Shown here piece by piece: positions 39,646 to 49,089 of a stretch of DNA of 64,000 nt. Origin of the DNA: an uncultured Candidatus Binatia bacterium (GTDB taxonomy: Bacteria; Desulfobacterota; Binatia; UBA9968; JAJDTQ01); NCBI GenBank assembly GCA_965242525.1, contig OZ251459.1:2976001-3040000 (forward strand). The letters run 5' to 3'. The notes beneath the pieces were generated by a model, which searched no databases, was not told where the DNA came from, and saw nothing but the letters and a program-made list of their open reading frames with translations. The translations under genes and the position numbers were made by a program. How positions within the stretch are numbered: position 1 is the stretch's first letter; the number at the start of each line of letters is the position of its first letter.

Positions 39646-39693
39646 AATCTCATCCGTGGCTCGACTGTTCAGAGTTTTCGCAAGGAGGGATTC

Positions 39694-40686
39694 ATGTCAC
39701 GCGTCGTCCGTGCGGTCACGTTGGTTCTCATCGCGTGTGTCGTTCCGGGGGTCGGACACGGCGCCAAGGCCGAGGCGTCCGCACGGGAGGAAATCCGGAC
39801 CGCGGCGGCCGCGGCCCAACGATTCCTGAAGACCCTCGACGAGGGCCAAACCGGAAAGGCGGTCCTGCCGCCGGGGAGTCCGCTCATCACCAACTGGACG
39901 AACCTGCCGTGGTTCGACCGCAACGGCGTGCGCGTCGGCGACTTGAACGCCGGGCAGCGAGCGGCGCTGTCCGACTTTCTCTCCAAGGCGTTGAGCCCCG
40001 CGGGCCACAGGTTGGTCCGGGGGGTGGTCGAGGCCGAGAGGGTCCTGGCCGGTTCCTGGGGAGCGTCCTGGTGGGGCTTGAGCCCCGACAACTACTACCT
40101 GGCCTTCTTCGGCGCGCCCGCGTCAGACCGGGACTGGAACTGGCAGTTCGGCGGACACCACCTTGCCGTCAACGTTGCAGTGAGAGACGGCGTCATGAGC
40201 ATGTCCCCCTCGTTCATCGGCATCGAACCGGCGACCTTCCAGGTGGACGGAACTAGGTGGACGCCCCTCGCCGACCACGTGGCCCGCGGCGCGGCCCTCG
40301 TGAAGGCGTTGCCCGACCGCCAGCGGCAAGCCGCCGCGGTGGGCAACCGCCCCCGGGAACTGTACGCGGGGGCCGGCCGGGACGGCGACATCCCGCCTTT
40401 GGAAGGGAGCCTTGTCGGCGACTGGCCCGCGGCCCGGCAACGGCAACTCATGGACCTGATCGGCCTGTGGGTACGGGTCATGCCCCAGGCCGCGGCGGAG
40501 CGGAGGCTGGCGGAGATCGAAAGGGAACGGTCCCGACTCCGCTTCGCCTGGAACGGTCCGACGGACGGGTCCGGTCCCATCTACTACCGGATACAGGGGC
40601 CGACGCTGGTCATCGAGTTCTCCATCCTGTCCGAAGGCCATTACCACTCCATCTACCGGAACCCCGCCAACGAATACGGCGGCTGA
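39694..40686 (+). CDS. DUF3500-like exported protein
   Basis: Signal peptide, WTNLP, WQFGGHHLAVN, YYRIQGP...IEF, HYHSIYR. Confidence 0.8.
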   Translation: MSRVVRAVTLVLIACVVPGVGHGAKAEASAREEIRTAAAAAQRFLKTLDEGQTGKAVLPPGSPLITNWTNLPWFDRNGVRVGDLNAGQRAALSDFLSKALSPAGHRLVRGVVEAERVLAGSWGASWWGLSPDNYYLAFFGAPASDRDWNWQFGGHHLAVNVAVRDGVMSMSPSFIGIEPATFQVDGTRWTPLADHVARGAALVKALPDRQRQAAAVGNRPRELYAGAGRDGDIPPLEGSLVGDWPAARQRQLMDLIGLWVRVMPQAAAERRLAEIERERSRLRFAWNGPTDGSGPIYYRIQGPTLVIEFSILSEGHYHSIYRNPANEYGG

Positions 40687-40734
40687 GGGCGGCGCCGGAG
40701 CGCCCGCTGGCGGTCCCGGCCAGGACCTTCAGGT

Positions 40735-40800
40735 GGAAACCCTGAACGATTATCCCCGTTCGTCCTGAGCGTAGCGAAGCGAAGTCGAAGGACGCGCTTT
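40735..40800. repeat. Family B copy with one terminal repeat (GGAAACCCTGAA)
   Basis: Matches the element at 10293. Confidence 0.75.
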
Positions 40801-40931
40801 TCCACAGAGAGAGGGAGGGAGTCCAAGCCGGAATCGGAATCGATTGGACATTCCTCGTCCCAACCGTTGTGACGGGAGCGCCGGGCAGGAGAGACCTAGT
40901 TTCAGGAAAGAGCGTAGGCGGGAGGTCTGCT

Positions 40932-41324
40932 TCATGCTGCCCCGGCGCTGTCGAAGGGCGCCAGGTTTCGTCCCGGGGCGCGCGGCTCTATCTCCCGCTC
41001 GATCTCGATACGCAAGGTGCGCTCCGCAACATCGAGGTCGTAGCGGATCTGAAGATGGATCCAGAACTCCGGCGTGGTGCCGAAGTAGCGACCAAGACGC
41101 AACGCGGTATCGGTCGTCACGCCGCGGCGACCGAGCACGAGGTCGTTCAGCCGCGGCCTCGAAACCTTGATCTCCCGAGCAAGCCGGTACACGCTGAGCG
41201 CCAGCGGTTTCAAGTACTCATCGCGGAGGACTTGGCCGGGATGCACCGGCGGCAGCCGTCTCCCGGAGGTCACGTCCGAGAAATCGACTGCCCGCCGGTC
41301 CACGTCTTCACGCTTGATGGTCAT
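40932..41324 (-). CDS. higA: HigA-family antitoxin with no intact toxin partner
   Basis: PVHPGQVLRDEYL, TTDTALRLGRYFGTTPEFW; preceded in frame by a HigB-like MIRSFVDKAT stub. Confidence 0.9.
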   Translation of the reverse strand: MTIKREDVDRRAVDFSDVTSGRRLPPVHPGQVLRDEYLKPLALSVYRLAREIKVSRPRLNDLVLGRRGVTTDTALRLGRYFGTTPEFWIHLQIRYDLDVAERTLRIEIEREIEPRAPGRNLAPFDSAGAA

Positions 41325-41508
41325 GGTGGCCTTGTCCACAAAGCTCCGGATCATTCACTAACGTAACGAGAAACGGAACGCGAGCTCAAACCCCACCGGC
41401 CTGTGGGTACGGGTCATGCCGCAGGCCGCGGCGGAGCGGCGGCTGAGGGGGGTGCCGGAGCGCCCGCCCGCGCAATCCGACCAAAATACGATATATCGTC
41501 GAATAGTC

Positions 41509-41537
41509 TTGACTAAAATACGATGCCGTAGATAATG
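41509..41537 (+). promoter_or_regulatory. Putative sigma70 promoter
   Basis: TTGACT-N16-GATAAT just before the ATG at 41545. Confidence 0.5.
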
Positions 41538-41544
41538 GTCGGGC

Positions 41545-42753
41545 ATGGAAGCTCAGGCTCGCATCTACGACGCCCTGCTGGCGGAACACCTTGCCCAGAA
41601 CCGGCAGATGGCGTTCGTGAGCGGTCCGCGGCAGGTGGGCAAGACCACCACCTGCCGGCGGCACGCGGACGCCTACCGCAACTGGGACAACCTCGACCAC
41701 CGGGAGTCCGTTCTGGCCGGTCCGGCTCGACTCGCCGCAGATCTCGGGGTGGACCGGCTGTCCGGGACGATTCCCGTGGCGCTCTTCGACGAGCTTCACA
41801 AGTTCCCGCGATGGCGTCCGTTCCTGAAGGGGATGTACGACACCTGCGGCGACCGGCTCCGCATCGTCGTCACCGGGAGCAGCCGCATGGACATCTACCG
41901 CCGCGGCGGCGACAGCCTGATGGGGCGGTATTTCTCCTATCGGATGCATCCTTTCTCCGTGGCCGAGACGGTGAACCGGGACCTGCCTGACCCGGACCGC
42001 ATCATCCGTGAACCCGCGGCCATGGAGACCGACGACTTCGAGGCGCTGTGGCATCACGGCGGCTATCCCGAACCGTTCCTCAAGCGCGACGTCCGGTTCA
42101 GCCGGCGGTGGCGTTCGTTGCGCCTCAAGCAACTGGTCAGGGAAGACCTCCGCGACCTGGCCCGTATCCAACAGGTGGACCAGATGGAAGTGCTGGTCCG
42201 TCTGCTCGCTCAGGGATCAGGACGCCAACTGGTGTACGGCAACCTCGCGCGGGAGGTGCGCGTGTCGGTGGACACGGTCCGGCGCTGGGTCGCGGCCCTG
42301 TGCGACTTCCACTTGGGCTTCCTGGTCCGACCCTGGTTCAGGAACCTCTCCCGCTCCCTGCGCAAGGAGCCGAAGTGGTACTTGCGGGATTGGGCGGACA
42401 TCAAGGACCCGGGGGCCAAGGCCGAGACCTTCGTGGCGTGCCACTTGCTCAAGGCCGTGGACGGCTGGAACGACATGGGCCTCGGCCGGTTCGACCTGGG
42501 CTACCTGCGCGACAAGGAAAAGCGCGAAGTCGATTTCGTGGTGGCCCGCGACGGAAAGCCGTGGTTCCTCGTCGAAGTGAAGCTCCGCGAGGGGTCCATG
42601 AGCCCGGCGCTAAGGTCCTACCAGGAGCGGCTCAACGCCCCGTTCGCGTTTCAGGTGGCGGTGGACGCCGATTACGTGCACGCGGACTGCTTCGCCGCGC
42701 CGGGACGTCCCCTGATGGCGCCGGCGCGGACGTTGCTGTCGCAACTGTTGTGA
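41545..42753 (+). CDS. AAA_14/DUF4143 ATP-binding protein
   Basis: GPRQVGKTT, FDELHK, TGSS, GGYPEP, PKWYLRD, EVDF...VEVK. Confidence 0.9.
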   Translation: MEAQARIYDALLAEHLAQNRQMAFVSGPRQVGKTTTCRRHADAYRNWDNLDHRESVLAGPARLAADLGVDRLSGTIPVALFDELHKFPRWRPFLKGMYDTCGDRLRIVVTGSSRMDIYRRGGDSLMGRYFSYRMHPFSVAETVNRDLPDPDRIIREPAAMETDDFEALWHHGGYPEPFLKRDVRFSRRWRSLRLKQLVREDLRDLARIQQVDQMEVLVRLLAQGSGRQLVYGNLAREVRVSVDTVRRWVAALCDFHLGFLVRPWFRNLSRSLRKEPKWYLRDWADIKDPGAKAETFVACHLLKAVDGWNDMGLGRFDLGYLRDKEKREVDFVVARDGKPWFLVEVKLREGSMSPALRSYQERLNAPFAFQVAVDADYVHADCFAAPGRPLMAPARTLLSQLL

Positions 42754-42799
42754 ACGGGAACGCCGGACTATCGGAAGCCTCGGCTGCGAACACAGCATG

Positions 42800-43525
42800 T
42801 CACCGGCGGGCCGTCATGGCTTGTCGGTTCGCTGCTGCACGTATGGCTTCCTCAAGCTCTCTCGCCTTCACTTCGTAACCGGCAAAATCCTGGATGTTGT
42901 CGTGCCGGACGTGAAGTTGGCCTTCGCCGACGTTGCCGCGGTGCTGGCCGTGGGAATAGTACTGATTGGTCTCTACTTCGCGTGAGGAAAGGACCCAATA
43001 CCGAATGACGTCACGCCACACTGCAATCCACACGAACACGTCACAGCAACTCGGCTTGACTTGCTGGAAGTTCATCCAGAATTCCTTCCGTGAATCGGAA
43101 GCAAGCGCCTTGACGTATAGCGGAGCGTCCATGTTCGCGTCCACGGCTCGAGACGCCTTTACTTCGATTCGGACGCCGTCAAGGTAAAAATCGTATTGAC
43201 CAGAGTAGTCCGGGTCCACCTTCCTGGACGGTTTGACCAGGTCAGGGACGAGTTCCTTCAGGTGGCCTTGTGCCCACGCTTCTCCGAATGAACGCGGCGC
43301 GCTAATCTCGAAGATGTAGAGGAAGAGGTTTCTGTGGATATAATTATCCCGGAGTTCATGATAGCCATCCAGGGTAAGCAGGTCCTTGGCCAACAGGGTT
43401 GCGATGATGTACTCGTACTCGTTGAAAGGATAAACGGACACCAGGGTATCGAGCCTGTCGCGGATCTCAGGTTCTTCCGGCAGTTGCGCCAACAACGAAT
43501 CGAGTTCTTCCTGAAGACGTTCCAT
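42800..43525 (-). CDS. Putative type II restriction endonuclease
   Basis: YDF...RIEVKAS PD-(D/E)xK-like motif, NFQQVKP; 4 bp downstream of an MTase. Confidence 0.65.
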   Translation of the reverse strand: MERLQEELDSLLAQLPEEPEIRDRLDTLVSVYPFNEYEYIIATLLAKDLLTLDGYHELRDNYIHRNLFLYIFEISAPRSFGEAWAQGHLKELVPDLVKPSRKVDPDYSGQYDFYLDGVRIEVKASRAVDANMDAPLYVKALASDSRKEFWMNFQQVKPSCCDVFVWIAVWRDVIRYWVLSSREVETNQYYSHGQHRGNVGEGQLHVRHDNIQDFAGYEVKARELEEAIRAAANRQAMTARR

Positions 43526-43529
43526 GAGC

Positions 43530-44516
43530 CTAGAGCAATGTCTTCTGTGCCGCAGATTCAGATTCGGGACCGCGGTCAAGCGGCACGTCGGCAACCTCGG
43601 CTTCAAACGAGTGGCCATTCTGCCAGCCGGTTCGACCTGTCGTACGGAACCGTTCCAGGCGTCGAATGGAAATTTCGGCATAGATCGGATCCACGTCCAT
43701 TGTGAAACACCTCCGGCCGAGTGTTTCCGAAACCAGCAGCGTCGTCCCGGAATGAGCAAAGAAATCAATCACCAGGTCGTCAGGGTCCGAGCTTGCCCGG
43801 ACGATGCGCTCAATGCACTTCATGGGCTTTTGCGCATAACAGCCCGAGACGTTTTCTTCCATGCGGTAGAATACCTGCTGGATGTCCACCCAGACGTTCC
43901 CCGCCCGGATAGTGTCGGAGCGGCTTCTTTCCAGGTTCTCCGTTTTCTTCCCGTTTACGTCCTTGTAGTACCCACGCAGGATCTTCGGTATGTCGGTGTA
44001 TTCGGCATCCACGTTGAACCGCGGTTTTCCCTTGGCATAGTAGAGCAGCTCCTGCCGGACAGCCATCCAATTCCCTTGAGTGCCGTATCCGCGTTGGTTC
44101 CTCATGGTGATGAAGCTGCGTGGACGAAACGGCTGGTCCCGCATCATCAAGATGAAGTCCGCCAGCGGCTGGAACCCATCGGTCTGATCCGCCCCAACCC
44201 AGACGTAAAAGGAAGAATCGGGCGCCAGCGCCGTCTGCGTATGGGAGACCCATCTTCGGCACCAATCAACGAATTCTCCTATCGAACGTCGCTCGAACGC
44301 AGCCAGGTTATATGGTGGGTCGTGGATCGCCAGCGTCGCCTGTTCTCCGTTCATGAGGCCATCGACCGCCTGCCGGTCGGCGGCGTCAAGACACCCGACA
44401 CGGTGGCCCCGGAGGGAATCGGTCCAGACTTCGCCAACTCGAAGACGACAATGCGGCATCAACTTTCGCCGCAGGCGAGGCGCCGTGTCGAGCCTCGGAA
44501 GAGGGTGATTGTTCAT
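43530..44516 (-). CDS. Site-specific DNA methyltransferase (beta class)
   Basis: DPPY, AQKP, DFFAHSGTT. Confidence 0.9.
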   Translation of the reverse strand: MNNHPLPRLDTAPRLRRKLMPHCRLRVGEVWTDSLRGHRVGCLDAADRQAVDGLMNGEQATLAIHDPPYNLAAFERRSIGEFVDWCRRWVSHTQTALAPDSSFYVWVGADQTDGFQPLADFILMMRDQPFRPRSFITMRNQRGYGTQGNWMAVRQELLYYAKGKPRFNVDAEYTDIPKILRGYYKDVNGKKTENLERSRSDTIRAGNVWVDIQQVFYRMEENVSGCYAQKPMKCIERIVRASSDPDDLVIDFFAHSGTTLLVSETLGRRCFTMDVDPIYAEISIRRLERFRTTGRTGWQNGHSFEAEVADVPLDRGPESESAAQKTLL

Positions 44517-44684
44517 CACTGTGATCGCCGTATGAAACTTGTCGTGGACCCCGAACCGTCCTTCTCCAAGCCAGACCTGGCAGGCCACGCGCGATGGCTG
44601 CCAAGACACACACTCAGCCTATCATGGCGCACGTTCGGCGGCAACGCAGGGTGTCGTATCCCGCCTATGGACGCAATACGCTGC

Positions 44685-44948
44685 TCATTTTCCCCAGGTC
44701 GAAGCCGGCATATTGGCGCACACGCTTGAGTTGCGGTCCATCGTGAACCCGCCTCCCGGCGCTCTGAAGTAGATGGCCATATCCACCGGGAAGCGTTCGG
44801 AGCGCTTCGTGAACCTTTCGCATCCTCCGGGTTCCGGAGCCGCAGGCTCGAACCATACGGAGTCTTCCACCTGACGGGGTTCCGTAGGAAGACTACAGGC
44901 GGCGCCCGTCAACAGTGCGACAGCGAACACGATGCTTCGGCTCACCAT
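44685..44948 (-). CDS. Small lipoprotein
   Basis: Lipobox-like GAAC; overlaps the protease stop. Confidence 0.55.
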   Translation of the reverse strand: MVSRSIVFAVALLTGAACSLPTEPRQVEDSVWFEPAAPEPGGCERFTKRSERFPVDMAIYFRAPGGGFTMDRNSSVCANMPASTWGK

Positions 44949-47257
44949 GTCAACCTGTAACCGAGGCCTATGGACGTTCTCTTGCGGCCACTGACGTGCC
45001 CTGCATTGACCGCGTGCGCTACCTCTACTGCGACGTGGCCGACTCCTACGTCACGGTCATGGCGAAGCGACAACCGGACTTCCCGCGCGTCCGGCGACAG
45101 CGCGAAGTTCCGCGACGTGTAGAGCCATTCTCCATCCCGGGTACGTCCAACCGGATAGGTGACGGTCCCGGCGCCGGTCTCGGCCCTGAGCGGTTGCGAG
45201 AGCGAAAGCCTGGTAATGGCTTCTTCCATCCCATAGGCGATTCCTGCTTCGGCCGCGGTGTAGAGCGCCGGGGTCGTCTGCAACATCGCGCCCTTGGCGT
45301 GGTCGGTGTCGCCCGCGGCGACCGTCCACGTCCCTTCGAAGCGAAGCGGGCCGGCGTCGTGTGCGTACCTTCGGCTCATGAAGACGATGGAACTACCCGC
45401 ACCCAGGCCGAACGCCCCACCCTGGCTGGCGCCTTGATTCGTGTCAGGCTCATGAACAAGGCCGAACCGTAGAGTGGTCCCCGGAAAGTTGGCCGAAATG
45501 CCTGCTGTACGAACCGCATGGTCACCCTTGGACACGTCCGCGGCAAAGCGAAGTTTCCAAGTCTCGCCTGTCCGTCCCTCCATCCACGACAAGGCAGGCA
45601 TGAGATGCCTTTCCTCGTTGGCGTCCACCGCGCCAGGGCGGGGCGGAACGTATGAGGCGGCAACCGACCTGAAGCGCCCGGCCAGCGGACTCCAAAACGG
45701 CGCGTTCCATTCATCGAAGGCGGCAAACTCGGCGCCGAGCAACCGCCCGCCAACGTCTCCCCATGAAGACGGAACCGCTGCGAAAGTCGCATCGACCGAT
45801 GCCCTTCGGCTCCCCGTTCCGGTTGTCAGGACCCCGATGGGTCTGGTCGCCGTATCCAGGTCCATCACGCCAGCACCGTAGATCGTGGAATCGGCGTAGA
45901 TTCCCCGGTTGTTCGCCGTGTTCACCATGCGGAGCCCGATTTCCCGCGGATGCAGTTGCCCCCGGAACGCCTCCATCATCAACGCGAGCCCACCGGAGAT
46001 CATGGGCGCGGCAAAGGATGTTCCATTTACCCGAATCGGCGTGTTGCTGCCGGGTTCAGCCACATTGATGTTCCACCCAGGCGCAGCAAGGCAGTAGTGG
46101 CGTCCGTGCCGTGCCAGGTTCCAATTGCTCGGGAGTGGCCCGCATCGGTTCGAGTTCTCCGCGATCACCGCCCCGCCACCGCCGGATTCCAGTCCCGCGG
46201 CAGCAAAATGTAGTCCCCGCAGCTCTGGAATGAATCCGGCCGCCGCGGCGCCGGGGGCCGGGAAGCGGAGACCATCATTGCCAGCCGCGGTCACGTAAAG
46301 CGTCTTGTCCCCTTCCGCAATATCTTGTTGTGTATAGGCTCGCCAAAACCTCGGCAGGTTATTCCGTATCCATGTGAATATCCGCCCTTCTCCTCGGTAT
46401 TGTCGAAATAGCTGAATATCGTTGTCAGCCCCGATTCCGTACGATTCGTTGACGATGTCCACATGACCGGCTCCCTCACGGAAGCCGTCTGCGATGAGTT
46501 CGTCGATTTCTCTTGTTTCTTGCGGTGTGGCAAACCCTCGGTCGATCGCCACCAGGATGGCGTTTACAGCATCGTTTTGCGCTCGTTGTGTCGCCGGATC
46601 GTTGTCTAGCGGTATCCCTCTGGGAACGATTGTGGCGTCCGGGGCGACTCCCAGACGATCTCCAGCCGCTACGGACGCCACCGCGGTGCCGTGATTTCGA
46701 AGCACCCGGCCATCGTTCCCGCGCTCAGCGAGAGCCGGTATCTCGTGGTACCTGCCAAGCGGATTTGCACTCAAAACTCGGATATAGACATAATCATCGT
46801 ATTGGGGCCACCCGTTCTCTCGAACCCAATTGATGGCTACCCGATCAACGTCTTCAGGGGAGTCGGCATCGACGTAGATACACCTGACACGGGGACACGG
46901 TGTACCGGTTACCACAGGATGCGTGATGGTGATTCCGGCGTTCCTGGTGTCGATACGTCCGGCGAATTCCCTATGGAGGAAGTCGAGCGTCTCGTCTTCG
47001 ATGCCGATCCTTACACCTCGCCCGGTAAGACCGCGTTCGTATGCGTTACGCGCCGAGACGGGGCGCAAGGCCGTCTGTCTCTGTTCACGTGCGTCGATTT
47101 CGAATGCCGACAGACCTCGGGACGGAGCCGGTTGAGGCGCAGGTCCCGAAGCCGAAGGAGCGTTCGACCCTCCCCCGCTACAAGCTGCAAGCACCAATAC
47201 CAGACCTCCGACTGCAACCTGCCTACACGTCGAAAAGATGCCTTTCCTTGATCTCAT
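44942..47257 (-). CDS. S8 subtilisin-like lipoprotein protease with probable C-terminal beta-barrel
   Basis: LAAC lipobox; IGIED, HGTAVAS, AAGN, GTSFAAP; terminal YRLTW. Confidence 0.88.
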   Translation of the reverse strand: MRSRKGIFSTCRQVAVGGLVLVLAACSGGGSNAPSASGPAPQPAPSRGLSAFEIDAREQRQTALRPVSARNAYERGLTGRGVRIGIEDETLDFLHREFAGRIDTRNAGITITHPVVTGTPCPRVRCIYVDADSPEDVDRVAINWVRENGWPQYDDYVYIRVLSANPLGRYHEIPALAERGNDGRVLRNHGTAVASVAAGDRLGVAPDATIVPRGIPLDNDPATQRAQNDAVNAILVAIDRGFATPQETREIDELIADGFREGAGHVDIVNESYGIGADNDIQLFRQYRGEGRIFTWIRNNLPRFWRAYTQQDIAEGDKTLYVTAAGNDGLRFPAPGAAAAGFIPELRGLHFAAAGLESGGGGAVIAENSNRCGPLPSNWNLARHGRHYCLAAPGWNINVAEPGSNTPIRVNGTSFAAPMISGGLALMMEAFRGQLHPREIGLRMVNTANNRGIYADSTIYGAGVMDLDTATRPIGVLTTGTGSRRASVDATFAAVPSSWGDVGGRLLGAEFAAFDEWNAPFWSPLAGRFRSVAASYVPPRPGAVDANEERHLMPALSWMEGRTGETWKLRFAADVSKGDHAVRTAGISANFPGTTLRFGLVHEPDTNQGASQGGAFGLGAGSSIVFMSRRYAHDAGPLRFEGTWTVAAGDTDHAKGAMLQTTPALYTAAEAGIAYGMEEAITRLSLSQPLRAETGAGTVTYPVGRTRDGEWLYTSRNFALSPDAREVRLSLRHDRDVGVGHVAVEVAHAVNAGHVSGRKRTSIGLGYRLTW

Positions 47258-47385
47258 CTCACATTCTCCTCATGGCCCCGTGAAGAAACCCCGGCCACGG
47301 AACCGATGACACGTTCGACCAGACCGCGGCAAGATTGCCGGGCCAGTGAACACATCCCACAGAAGGTGTTGATGTTTCCGCTCAT

Positions 47386-47512
47386 GGCTATTCCGGTTTT
47401 TGTGTGGGCAGGATTTCACGGGTTAGCGTTTCTTTTCTCCTTGAGGATGAGGGAATCGGAGTTCTTCGCGTGGGTGGGGAGTGTCACAATCCACACGAAA
47501 GCCGGAAGAGCC
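47386..47512. mobile_element. 127-bp MITE with 21-bp imperfect inverted ends
   Basis: GGCTATTCCGGTTTTTGTGTG ... CACACGAAAGCCGGAAGAGCC. Confidence 0.7.
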
Positions 47513-47562
47513 TGAAAACCCGGCCCCTTCCCTGACCGGCTACCGGCCCGTTGCATATGCCG

Positions 47563-48387
47563 TCAACAGAGCCACTTCTCCAGAACCCCCCTCCGGTGCG
47601 ACAATGCCGGCAGCCTGCGCCTCACTTCCTCCAGGTAGTCCAGGTCGATAGGCGCCAGGATGACGCCCGGTTCCGTGCCCGCCTTGGCGATCACCTTGCC
47701 CCAGGGATCCACTATCATGGAGTGGCCGTAGGCCGACATGCTGGCGGGGTGGTTGCCGGTCTGGTCGGGGGCGATGACATAGACTTGGTTCTCGATGGCG
47801 CGGGCGCGGAGCAGCGGCTCCCAGTGGGCGGGGCCGGTGGCGGTGGAGAAGACGGACGGCACGAAGACGATCCGGGCGCCGCGTTGGGTGAGGCGGCGGT
47901 ACAGTTCCGGGAAGCGCAGGTCGTAGCACACGGAAAGCCCCATGGGGCACAGGGGGGTGTCCGCCACTGCCACGGCGTCGCCCGGCTGCCGGAACCGGGA
48001 CTCGCGGATGGGATCTTCGCCCTCGATGTCCACGTCGAACAGGTGGATTTTTCGGTACTTGGCGAGGATTCCGGTTCCGGGGCCGAGGAGCACGCTGGTG
48101 TTGAAGGCCCGGTCCCCGCCGTCCGTGCGCTCCAGGATGGAGCCTGCCAGCAGGTACAGGCCAAGCTCCGCGGCCAGGGCGCTCATGCGCTCGGTCGAGG
48201 GACCCGGCACCGGCTCTGCGTTGGCCCCGGTGTCCGCGCCGCGGCCCCGCCAGTTGAACACCTCCGGCAGCACCACCAATTGCGCCCCTTGCGCGTGGGA
48301 TTGGCGGATCCAACACTCGGCTTCCCGGAGGTTCGCTTCCTTGTCGGACGTGGCCAGCATCTGGACCGCTGCGGCGAGGAATTTCAT
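47563..48387 (-). CDS. Carbon-nitrogen hydrolase (Nit1/deaminated glutathione amidase-like)
   Basis: LPE, YRKIHLFDV, VCYDLRFPE, HWEPLLRARAIEN, YGHSMIVDPWG. Confidence 0.92.
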   Translation of the reverse strand: MKFLAAAVQMLATSDKEANLREAECWIRQSHAQGAQLVVLPEVFNWRGRGADTGANAEPVPGPSTERMSALAAELGLYLLAGSILERTDGGDRAFNTSVLLGPGTGILAKYRKIHLFDVDIEGEDPIRESRFRQPGDAVAVADTPLCPMGLSVCYDLRFPELYRRLTQRGARIVFVPSVFSTATGPAHWEPLLRARAIENQVYVIAPDQTGNHPASMSAYGHSMIVDPWGKVIAKAGTEPGVILAPIDLDYLEEVRRRLPALSHRRGVLEKWLC

Positions 48388-48443
48388 TGGAACACCTTTC
48401 GGAACGTCTGATCCATTCCGGCTTGAACTCCCTCTCCCTGCGG

Positions 48444-48513
48444 GAAAGCGCGTCCTTCGACTTCGCTTCGCTACGCTCAGGACGAACGGGGATAATGGTT
48501 CAGGGTTTCCTAT
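48444..48513. repeat. Family B copy
   Basis: REP core followed by TTCAGGGTTTCCTA. Confidence 0.8.
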
Positions 48514-48652
48514 ACCAACGTACAACGCCGCTGCGGTTCTGCCTAGCCGCGCCGCTGTCCCGGTGGAACGCTGCGCGGACGGAACTCCCGTGAGAACGGA
48601 AATCCGCGCCCGGACCCTTGGGGGGCTCCGGGAAGAATGATAACATGAACCC

Positions 48653-48937
48653 ATGTCCGGAGAGACATCCAGGAAGGGACCCCGGCAGGAGAGCCTGTTC
48701 CGTGAGCTTCGGAGTTTTGCGGAACGGTGCGGCGTCGAGGTCCGCTGCGAGAAGCTGCCCCGGGACTTCGGCTACCGCGTGCGCAGCGGCGGCTGTCTGG
48801 TGAAGGGACGGAAGTGGGTGATCGTGGACCGGACGCTCTCGGTCCGCGACCGGCTGGACTTTCTGGCCGACGAGCTCAAGCAGTCTCTGGACCGGGAGTT
48901 GGAGATACCCGCCAACCTGCGCGCGCTGCTCGACTGA
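48653..48937 (+). CDS. Hypothetical protein
   Basis: 94-aa ORF with host-like codon usage. Confidence 0.6.
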   Translation: MSGETSRKGPRQESLFRELRSFAERCGVEVRCEKLPRDFGYRVRSGGCLVKGRKWVIVDRTLSVRDRLDFLADELKQSLDRELEIPANLRALLD

Positions 48938-49018
48938 TCCCGCCCGTTCCGCGGTCGCCGCGACGACCACGACCAGGAGCCTCTGTTCAATCCTGGCTTG
49001 AGGCGCTTCTCCCTATGA

Positions 49019-49089
49019 GAAAGCGCGTCCTTCGACTTCGCTTCGCTACGCTCAGGACGAACGGGGACAATGGTCCAGGGTTTCCCCTA
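49019..49089. repeat. Family B copy sharing the nuoN stop codon
   Basis: REP core followed by TCCAGGGTTTCCCCTA. Confidence 0.8.
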
